Of a DNA stretch of 64,000 nt, positions 38,135 through 46,448 are shown in pieces. Position 1 is the stretch's first letter. Each line of letters begins with the position of its first letter. A model generated the notes under the pieces. That model had not been told where the DNA came from. It did no database searches and saw nothing but the letters and a program-made list of their open reading frames with translations. The stretch lies in contig CM000430.1 of assembly GCA_000165345.1 (NCBI GenBank), positions 640,001 to 704,000 on the forward strand. Reading direction: 5' to 3'. A program made the position numbers and the translations under genes.

Positions 38135-39841
38135 ATGGAGCAAGTTCAAGTAACGCCTTATCTTGACCAGAAGCCAGGAACAAGTGGTCTAAGAAAGAAA
38201 ACCCGTGTATTTATGGAAGGAACTTACTTGGCTAACTTTATTGAATCATACTTCCAATCATTCCCACCTGAAAATTTTGAAGGTGCAACACTTTTGGTAG
38301 CTGGCGATGGTAGATTCTTTCTACCAGAAGCAATACAAATTATTTCCGAAATTGCTGCAGCACATAAAGTTAAAAGGATTTGGACTGGTGTTAATGGCTT
38401 ATGTTCAACACCAGCAGGGAGTGCTATCATAAGAGAAAGAGAAGGCGGTATTGCAGTCGGTGGAATCTTATTAACAGCTTCACACAACCCAGGTGGTATT
38501 GATGAGGACTTTGGAGTTAAATTTAACGGAAAGAATGGTGGCCCAGCTCAAGATTCGGTTACCAATACAATTTTTGAAATTACAAAAAAATTAACATCAT
38601 ATAAGAAGATTTCACTTCCTAAAATTGATTTAAGTAAAATTGGCGTGCAGGAATTAATACCCAATCAATTTACCGTCGAAGTAATAGATACATCTGAAGA
38701 TTGGCTAAAATTAATGAAAAAGATATTTGATTTCCAAAAGATTCAAAATCTACTTAATAGAAAAGATTTTAAAATGGCTTTTGATTCTATGCATGGTGTG
38801 GCTGGACCATATGCAAGAAAACTCTTTGTTGACGAATTTGGATTGCCAGAAAGTTCATTGTTACATTTGGAATCAAAGCCAGATTTTGGAGGGCTTCATC
38901 CTGATCCAAATCTTACTTATGCAAAAGACTTAGTTGAATTAATGAAAGTTAAATCTCCAGAAAAAGTTGATAAAAGCACGCCAGATTTTGGTGCTGCTGG
39001 AGATGGTGACTGTGATAGAAATATGATTTTGGGTAAAGGATTCTTTGTTACCCCTTCAGATTCTGTTGCAATTATTGCATCATATGCGAAAGAAGCAATC
39101 CCATACTTCTCAAAAGGATTGGCTGGTGTCTCAAGATCTATGCCTACTAGTACTTCGCTCAATAATGTAGCAGAAAAGCTCGGAATCCCATGCTATGAGG
39201 TACCAACAGGATGGAAATACTTTGGTAATTTAATGGATGCAAAAATGATTGACATATGTGGTGAAGAATCTTTTGGAACAGGAAGTGACCATATTCGTGA
39301 AAAGGATGGATTATGGGCAGTGTTGGCTTGGTTATCGATTCTAGCCCACAAGAATCCAGACCCAACAAAGCCATTGGTATCTGTTGAGGATATCACTAGG
39401 GAATTCTGGAAAACATATGGAAGAAACTACTACACTAGATTCGATTACGAATCAATTGAAACAGAAAAAGCTGATCAATTCTTTAAACATTTAAATTCTT
39501 TAATGGAAGATCATCAGAAATTAAGAGAAATCATTAAACCATATGGTATTGATATCAAATTAACTGATAACTTTACATATAATGATCCAGTAGATAAATC
39601 TGTCGCAAAAAATCAGGGTTTAAGATTTATCTTTCAGGATAACTCCAGAGTTGTTTTCCGCCTATCAGGTACAGGTTCAGTAGGAGCAACAATTCGAATT
39701 TACATTGAAAAGACTGTGAGTGATCAAACAAAAGTTAATAGCACATCAAACGAAATCCTTGGCGATTTGATTGAGATAGTTGAGAAAAAGATTAAATTAA
39801 AAGAATCGACAGGAAGAGATAGGCCAACTGTTATAACTTAA
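38135..39841 (+). CDS. PGM: Phosphoglucomutase (alpha-D-phosphohexomutase family), copy 1, cytosolic type (568 aa).
   Basis: ATG verified. It carries the active-site Ser loop TASHNPGG, the Mg loop GDGDCDRNMILG, and the sugar- and phosphate-binding motifs (GEESFG, RLSGTGS). Confidence 0.95.
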   Translation: MEQVQVTPYLDQKPGTSGLRKKTRVFMEGTYLANFIESYFQSFPPENFEGATLLVAGDGRFFLPEAIQIISEIAAAHKVKRIWTGVNGLCSTPAGSAIIREREGGIAVGGILLTASHNPGGIDEDFGVKFNGKNGGPAQDSVTNTIFEITKKLTSYKKISLPKIDLSKIGVQELIPNQFTVEVIDTSEDWLKLMKKIFDFQKIQNLLNRKDFKMAFDSMHGVAGPYARKLFVDEFGLPESSLLHLESKPDFGGLHPDPNLTYAKDLVELMKVKSPEKVDKSTPDFGAAGDGDCDRNMILGKGFFVTPSDSVAIIASYAKEAIPYFSKGLAGVSRSMPTSTSLNNVAEKLGIPCYEVPTGWKYFGNLMDAKMIDICGEESFGTGSDHIREKDGLWAVLAWLSILAHKNPDPTKPLVSVEDITREFWKTYGRNYYTRFDYESIETEKADQFFKHLNSLMEDHQKLREIIKPYGIDIKLTDNFTYNDPVDKSVAKNQGLRFIFQDNSRVVFRLSGTGSVGATIRIYIEKTVSDQTKVNSTSNEILGDLIEIVEKKIKLKESTGRDRPTVIT

Positions 39842-40051
39842 TTTTATGGTAATAAACAGGAAACTTAAAAAAGTATAATTCTAAAGATTTTAATGAATTT
39901 TTAATTTCTTAATGTAATTGTTTACAAAATGATTTAATCTGAACTCGAAAAAAAAAAAAAAAAGACCTCATCTTTCGAGGGTTTGGAAGAGCTAATAACA
40001 TTACCGCAAATTAAGAATTAAAACAACACTTTTACTACTTTTTTTACAAAG

Positions 40052-42064
40052 ATGATGAAAATTTTGAACATACTCTTTTCATTAGTTCTTGTAAGTCAGT
40101 ATGTCAATGCAAACGAAAGTGTGGGGAATTTGAGATATTTGCAGAAAATAAATCTGATCGAACCTACCGATGGTCAAGCAAAGGTAGTTACCTCCCAGGA
40201 TGTTCAAATTAATCAGGGAAGGGCCCTAATTAAGAAGAAAGTGTCCGTAGTAACAAGAAATGTCATTGAAACCGAAACAACTGAGACTTATTATTATTCA
40301 GATAAAGGTCTAGATGCTTGGAGTCCTAATGAAAATGATAATCTATTAGATATGTTAGTTCAAGAAGTTCAAATATCTCCTTATCTTGATCAAAAGCCAG
40401 GAACAAGTGGTCTAAGAAAGAAAACCCGTGTATTTATGGAAGGAACTTACTTGGCTAACTTTATTGAATCATACTTCCAATCATTCCCACCTGAAAATTT
40501 TGAAGGTGCAACACTTTTGGTAGCTGGCGATGGTAGATTCTTTCTACCAGAAGCAATACAAATTATTTCCGAAATTGCTGCAGCACATAAAGTTAAAAGG
40601 ATTTGGACTGGTGTTAACGGTTTATGTTCAACACCAGCAGGGAGTGCTATCATAAGAGAAAGAGAAGGCGGTATTGCAGTCGGTGGAATCTTATTAACAG
40701 CTTCACACAACCCAGGTGGTATTGATGAGGACTTTGGAGTTAAATTTAACGAAAAGAATGGAGGCCCAGCTCAAGATTCGGTCACCAACGCAATTTTTGA
40801 AATTACAAAAAAATTAACATCATATAAGAAGATTTCACTTCCCAAAATTGATTTAAGTAAAATTGGCGTACAGGAATTAATACCCAATCAATTTACCGTC
40901 GAAGTAATAGATACATCTGAAGATTGGCTAAAATTAATGAAAAAGATATTTGATTTCCAAAAGATTCAAAATCTACTTAATAGAAAAGATTTTAAAATGG
41001 TCTTTGATTCTATGCATGGTGTGGCTGGACCATATGCAAGAAAACTCTTTATTGACGAATTTGGATTGCCAGAAAGTTCATTGTTACATTTGGAATCAAA
41101 GCCAGATTTTGGAGGGCTTCATCCTGATCCAAATCTTACTTATGCAAAAGACTTAGTTGAATTAATGAAAGTTAAATCGCCAGAAAAAGTTGATAAAAAC
41201 ACACCAGATTTTGGTGCTGCTGGAGATGGTGACTGTGATAGAAATATGATTTTGGGTAAAGGATTCTTTGTTACCCCTTCAGATTCTGTTGCAATTATTG
41301 CATCATATGCAAAAGAAGCAATCCCATACTTCTCAAAAGGATTGGCTGGTGTCTCAAGATCTATGCCTACTAGTACGTCGCTCAATAATGTAGCAGAAAA
41401 GCTCGGAATCCCATGCTACGAGGTACCAACAGGATGGAAATACTTTGGTAATTTAATGGATGCAAAAATGATTGACATATGTGGTGAAGAATCTTTTGGA
41501 ACAGGAAGTGACCATATTCGTGAAAAGGACGGATTATGGGCAGTGTTGGCTTGGTTATCGATTCTAGCCTACAAGAATCCAGACCCAACAAAATCATTAG
41601 TATCTGTTGAGGATATCACTAGGGAATTCTGGAAAACATATGGAAGAAACTACTACACTAGATTCGATTACGAATCAGTCGAAACAGAAAAAGCTGATCA
41701 ATTCTTTAAACATTTAAATTCTTTAATGGAAGATTCTCAGAAATTAAGAAACTCTCTCCGTTCAAGTGGGTTGAAGGTGAAATTTATGGATAACTTTACA
41801 TATAATGATCCAGTAGATGGTTCAGTTACAAAAAATCAGGGTGTTAGGATTATATTTACGGACGGTTCAAGAATTATTTTTAGAATTTCTGGAACAGGAT
41901 CAGTGGGAGCAACTATTAGGGTATATATGGAGAAGACTGTTAAAAACCCTCAGGAATTTGAAAAAACAACCCAACAAGCTCTAAATCACTTAATTGAGAT
42001 AGTTGAGAAAAAGATCAAATTAAAAGAGATTACTGGTAGAAGCAAGCCTACAGTAATTACTTAA
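40052..42064 (+). CDS. Phosphoglucomutase / parafusin-like paralogue, copy 2, with an N-terminal signal peptide plus a roughly 100-aa extension (670 aa).
   Basis: The N-terminus MMKILNILFSLVLVSQYVNA|NES is a strong signal peptide. The core from about 40352 is near-identical to copy 1 for about 1.37 kb and then diverges in the C-terminal roughly 110 aa. Confidence 0.9.
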   Translation: MMKILNILFSLVLVSQYVNANESVGNLRYLQKINLIEPTDGQAKVVTSQDVQINQGRALIKKKVSVVTRNVIETETTETYYYSDKGLDAWSPNENDNLLDMLVQEVQISPYLDQKPGTSGLRKKTRVFMEGTYLANFIESYFQSFPPENFEGATLLVAGDGRFFLPEAIQIISEIAAAHKVKRIWTGVNGLCSTPAGSAIIREREGGIAVGGILLTASHNPGGIDEDFGVKFNEKNGGPAQDSVTNAIFEITKKLTSYKKISLPKIDLSKIGVQELIPNQFTVEVIDTSEDWLKLMKKIFDFQKIQNLLNRKDFKMVFDSMHGVAGPYARKLFIDEFGLPESSLLHLESKPDFGGLHPDPNLTYAKDLVELMKVKSPEKVDKNTPDFGAAGDGDCDRNMILGKGFFVTPSDSVAIIASYAKEAIPYFSKGLAGVSRSMPTSTSLNNVAEKLGIPCYEVPTGWKYFGNLMDAKMIDICGEESFGTGSDHIREKDGLWAVLAWLSILAYKNPDPTKSLVSVEDITREFWKTYGRNYYTRFDYESVETEKADQFFKHLNSLMEDSQKLRNSLRSSGLKVKFMDNFTYNDPVDGSVTKNQGVRIIFTDGSRIIFRISGTGSVGATIRVYMEKTVKNPQEFEKTTQQALNHLIEIVEKKIKLKEITGRSKPTVIT

Positions 42065-42918
42065 ATCTTTTTCTGTATTAAAAAATAAATAATTTCATTA
42101 TTTTATAATTTTTCTTGGTGCAATTTGGAATTTAAATCAACGAATCTATGTATGGAGCCCTCATTTTTTTCTTCGTTTTGTTTTTATAGATATTTTTATT
42201 TGAGTTCAGTTCATTTTTTCAATATTTTCACTAATTTTTTCTCATTGTAATGGATTATTTAAATTTAATAAAAACTGGAATTATATCACTACATCATTTG
42301 TGGATTAATTAAGTTTTTATCCTTTCAAGTTTAGAAAGTTTGTAAAGTTTTATTATTTTTAGTTAGTCTTAAATCATTATGTGATAATTTATTCTGAATG
42401 ATGCATAATTTAATAAGATAAAATAGAATGTAATGTAATTTTGTCACATAAACCGTATTTAGGTCGTTTTGTATTACTTTATCATTAAGTTTCTATGCCT
42501 TTATTTTATCTCTTACTAAATTATCTATTTCCTTTTTTTTTTATAATGGATGCTCAAGTACATGCAACTAATTGCATGCTTTTGGCGCCAGAATGACATT
42601 TTTTCTCCTTTATTTAGCTTCAATATTTTTGTAAACTAGAAAAGGCGAACTAAAAGAAATAACTTACACACACATACAAAGTGCTTTCTTATTTTTATAG
42701 AAAAAAAAAGGAATATTAGAAATAAGCTTTTTTTTATTGTATTATTGTTTAATATGGGCTCTACAAGGAAATATTTTCTAAAAAAACATGGTTTTATTCT
42801 ATACCAAAATAAAATAATTGCTTTACTAATTGCGCAAAAATAAAATAAGTTTAATTAATCATTTCTTTGGTTTGTTAATTAATAATTTCTAACCATTATT
42901 CAAATATATTAATTATGT

Positions 42919-42984
42919 GGGCCCGCCTACGATAGAAATTGCCCGCCCAACGTCCATTCCGACGACAATGGTAGGCGGGAATTT
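42919..42984. promoter_or_regulatory. Cluster of three E2F-like GC boxes (GGGCCCGCC, TGCCCGCCCAAC, GGTAGGCGGGAATTTC) about 600 nt upstream of the 43559 gene.
   Basis: Read directly from the sequence. The surrounding region is otherwise less than 20% GC. Confidence 0.4.
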
Positions 42985-43558
42985 CTGAGACAATTTTTAT
43001 GAAAATATTAAAGTACCGATATAGAGGTTAATTATATAACTGGTAAGATTTTTCTTTTTTTTTTTAATTTAAAAGAATTAGAAAATGTATAAATAAAAAC
43101 CGGGTAAATACAAGAAACATTATTTAAAGTAAATAATACAGCCAAGTATATTATTAAGGGGAAAAGACATAAAGTTAATGTACTTTTATTAAATAAGAAA
43201 ATAATAGTCAAAACCCCGGGATATAATTGTGGAAAAAAAAAACTGAATATAAAAAAATACCAAGGAGGAATAAGCGAAGTAATTGACAAGAAATCATCAT
43301 ATTTGATATAAATCAAGTTGTTTAGATTTTTTTCAATAATACAGTTTAGTATCCACGCATATATATATATATATATAAATATATATAAATATATATGTAC
43401 ATACATTTATGCCAATAGAGAGCCTTACATAGTTATTAAAGAAAATTTTAATTTAACTATACAAATAGAATATTGTTTAAGTTACAAGAACAATATCTAA
43501 TATATAAGAAATTTCATGTAACTATACAAATTAATTTGGGGATTTCTATGAGAAAAAA

Positions 43559-45259
43559 ATGAATAATATGAAGTTTTTATTTTATTTTGGATTTTTGGTT
43601 TATGTTATTGGATCATCTGTGAATGCTAATGATTTAGCTCTTCCTCTTAAGAAGAATAAGGAATGCGAACATTGCATTATAAAGGGCGATCAAAGTGTTA
43701 AAACTCAGGTTAAAGGAGCCTATTTAGTGGTTGAGAAGGAAACCACTCTTTCTAAAACTCCAGATACACAAATTAAGCCATTTGATGAAGTTCCAAAACC
43801 ACCAAAGGTTGGAACTGATGATGCCGAAGATGATAAAACCAATGTTAAGGAATTAAGTCCCACTGTTGGTGAAGTTCCAAATGTTGTTCCAGAGCCTAGA
43901 TATATTCCAACTGTAAAGATATATGATTCTCAAATTGAGGATTTATCATTTCCAGAAGATGTTGATTCAGAAACACAATCAGAAGAGTCTGAAGATGATA
44001 ATGAAGATGAGCTTATTTTGACACGTTTGCAACTTGGAGGCCAAGTTGAAGTGGTTTCAAAGAGAGACAGTGAAGGTAAGATTGAGATTCAGAATATTGG
44101 TAACCTTGATTTATCTTGTACTCGAATTGAAGAGGAAACTAAGCCAAAGAGTAAATCAAAACTTAGAGGTAATAAATCTTCAAATTCAATGGTTTCTGGT
44201 TCAGATTGCCCTCAAAGTACCCGTTTCCTGACATATGATCTCTTAATGTTACAGAATGTAGGAGAGGAGCCTACTGATGGTGATAGTGTTACTTCACAGC
44301 CATCTTTAGAGCATACAGAGTCTGAGCAGAATAGCGGTAACGGTCGTGTTATTAGAAAGTTAGCTAGTGGTTTGGAATGCGATAAATGTGAATTATGCAC
44401 AGAAGATAAGAAATGCTTCTACCATAATGGTAAGAATACTGATAAATCTTCTGAGGCTTTAGAGTCAGACCTACCTTCATCTACTACTACTACTACTACT
44501 ACTACTTCTTCTTCTACTACCACTACCACTACCACTACCACTACCACTACTACTACTACTACCACCACCGCAATCCCACCTTCAATGTCAGATGAGGAGA
44601 AGTCACCATTTGTAAGTGATGATATCTCCAACGATGAAGTCCCAGCTCAAGATGACTCAAATAAGACTCCATCTACTGAAACAAATAAAGATATAGATAT
44701 GAATGTTTTATTAGACAATATGAATGCTTTAGTTAAGATCGTTAAGGAAGGGAAAGAAGAAAGTGCTAAGGCTCAGTTAGAACTTCGTAAAGATAGGGAA
44801 CTATTGACCAAGGTTATTTTAGATCTTAGAGATTCCAAGGATTTGACACAATTATATATACAGCTTGCCAAACTTGAGATGGAAATTAACTTGGTTAAAC
44901 AAAATATTGGACAATTGAAGAGAGATTTAGAAAAGGCCAAATCTTCTAGTAACTTTTTGACTCAATATGAGAATAAGAATAATACAGAATTAGAATTAAT
45001 GAAAGAGAAAGCTATGAGTAGTAAATTATATTCTCCTAAACTTGCAAGAGCAATTTCCAGACTTGAAAAGAAAAAGATCAGTACTCATGCTATTCAAAAG
45101 GATGTCAGTAAGAGAATTGAAAGCTTATCACAAGCTATTTCTACTGAAGAATCTCGTATTTCTGAATTATTAGAGCAAAAGAAGAAAACTGAAAATATAA
45201 TAAATAAGATTTCAAGTGAGGAGAGGTTATCATTCGATGAAGTTGATAATAAGCATTAA
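43559..45259 (+). CDS. Secreted acidic Thr-rich (mucin-like) protein with a C-terminal coiled-coil (566 aa).
   Basis: ATG verified (an upstream ATG terminates after 4 codons). The signal peptide is MNNMKFLFYFGFLVYVIGSSVNA. There is an acidic region, a (T)8SSS(T)18 tract, and heptad-like coiled-coil in the last about 200 aa. Confidence 0.7.
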   Translation: MNNMKFLFYFGFLVYVIGSSVNANDLALPLKKNKECEHCIIKGDQSVKTQVKGAYLVVEKETTLSKTPDTQIKPFDEVPKPPKVGTDDAEDDKTNVKELSPTVGEVPNVVPEPRYIPTVKIYDSQIEDLSFPEDVDSETQSEESEDDNEDELILTRLQLGGQVEVVSKRDSEGKIEIQNIGNLDLSCTRIEEETKPKSKSKLRGNKSSNSMVSGSDCPQSTRFLTYDLLMLQNVGEEPTDGDSVTSQPSLEHTESEQNSGNGRVIRKLASGLECDKCELCTEDKKCFYHNGKNTDKSSEALESDLPSSTTTTTTTTSSSTTTTTTTTTTTTTTTTTTAIPPSMSDEEKSPFVSDDISNDEVPAQDDSNKTPSTETNKDIDMNVLLDNMNALVKIVKEGKEESAKAQLELRKDRELLTKVILDLRDSKDLTQLYIQLAKLEMEINLVKQNIGQLKRDLEKAKSSSNFLTQYENKNNTELELMKEKAMSSKLYSPKLARAISRLEKKKISTHAIQKDVSKRIESLSQAISTEESRISELLEQKKKTENIINKISSEERLSFDEVDNKH

Positions 45260-46301
45260 TTAATGGTTCTCTAAGCTTAATTCTTGCTACTTTAACCCAT
45301 AGATAATTCTATCATAAAGAAGAAAAGAATCCAACTTGAAAATACTCTCTTAATCTAATAACAATCTTCTTCTTATATTGAAAAAAAAGAGAAGATGTAA
45401 TTTATTAACAGGATCTCCGAGACGTGGAATCATTAAAATACCCATTATTCATCCCCTTGTCTCCAATTTGGACATATATATGAGCTTCTGACTAATTTTA
45501 TCATTATTATATTATGATGGTTACTATACTACTAACATACTAGAGCAAATTCCAGATAACAAAAGTGGAAATGATCCTATTTCCTTTTTTTTCTGTTGAT
45601 TGTGGTAACTAATTAATAAAGGAGCAAGTATTTAGTTCATTTGATGATGTAATATGAGAGTTAGTAGTGTATTTATTCACTACATTGTTGTGCTACATCA
45701 TTTTTATCCATACTGAAAAGGAATTAAAGAATGTGGAGAGGAACTAAAGCGAGAAGAGAGAGAAAAACTTGATAGAAATGGAGAATAATAGTAATAAATA
45801 GATTTAGAGGTCGTTATACATAATTGTCGTCGACAACTTACTTTTAAATTCTGCCGAGAATATTCATTATTTAGTCCATTTTAATTATTAACTTTAAAGA
45901 CAATTTTTTTAATGTATTGTTTATATTAATATTGTATTTGAAAGATTAAAAAAAAGTTACTCTCCAAAATGCATGTTTGAGCGCCAATTTTTTTTCTTCT
46001 TAATCAATTTCCTACTCTGCTTATCTTTCAAATCGATAATAATTTATAAAAACTGACTATACTGGGAAATTGGTTGTAGATACATAATTCTGGAAAAGAA
46101 ATACAATTATTGCCGATCATTTAAAAGAAAGTAAACAGTTATATTTGAATAAAAAAATCTAAAATAAAACCTAATAAAGCATTGTCAGTTCTGAAACGCT
46201 TACCGGTATGACAAATATTTGCATGCAAAATTGAAGGATACCCGCCCAAACATTTTATGCACGCCCACTAGTTGTATAATATAGGGATGGGTATGTTTTT
46301 G

Positions 46302-46317
46302 TTGGCGCGCGCGCCAA
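46302..46317. other. Perfect 16-nt GC palindrome TTGGCGCGCGCGCCAA in a convergent (3'-3') intergenic region, next to CCCGCCCAAAC and TTGCATGCAAAA.
   Basis: Read directly from the sequence. The surrounding DNA is strongly AT-rich. Confidence 0.5.
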
Positions 46318-46448
46318 TAGCTGCCACCTGTTAATTAAGATGTCTGAAGAGTGGAATGACTGGAGTAAAGTGATCAATTGGAATATAGTGCATAACTGAC
46401 TTGTTATTTCTCTCATTTTTCCTTTCCATCTTTTTCTTTCTCTATCTT

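Larger units (their letters stand above)
38135..42064. repeat. Direct tandem duplication of the PGM gene (unit offset 2223 bp). There is a high-identity tract at about 38150-39525 versus 40373-41748, followed by a divergent 3' end.
   Basis: The embedded 87-aa antisense ORFs at 38224-38487 and 40447-40710 are identical, and those at 38727-38933 and 40950-41156 differ at one residue. The proteins differ at only about 8 positions across the first 450 aa. Confidence 0.9.

Noticed and set aside
38135-39963. PGM copy 1 as a processed retrocopy (A17 tract after the gene)
   Set aside because: Both copies have their own upstream TGCATGCA motifs. Genes here are intronless anyway, and A-runs of this size recur in other spacers, so the tract is not diagnostic.
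38224-41597. Identical or near-identical small ORFs inside the two PGM genes (87 aa, 68 aa, 81 aa, 71 aa on either strand)
   Set aside because: They are embedded or antisense reading frames of the duplicated PGM coding sequence. They are useful only as evidence of nucleotide identity between the copies.
43032-43500. 124-aa and 60-aa ORFs (MYVHIYLYIFIYIYIY...)
   Set aside because: They are driven by (TA)n/(TATATA) low-complexity sequence in a promoter spacer, with no coding signal.
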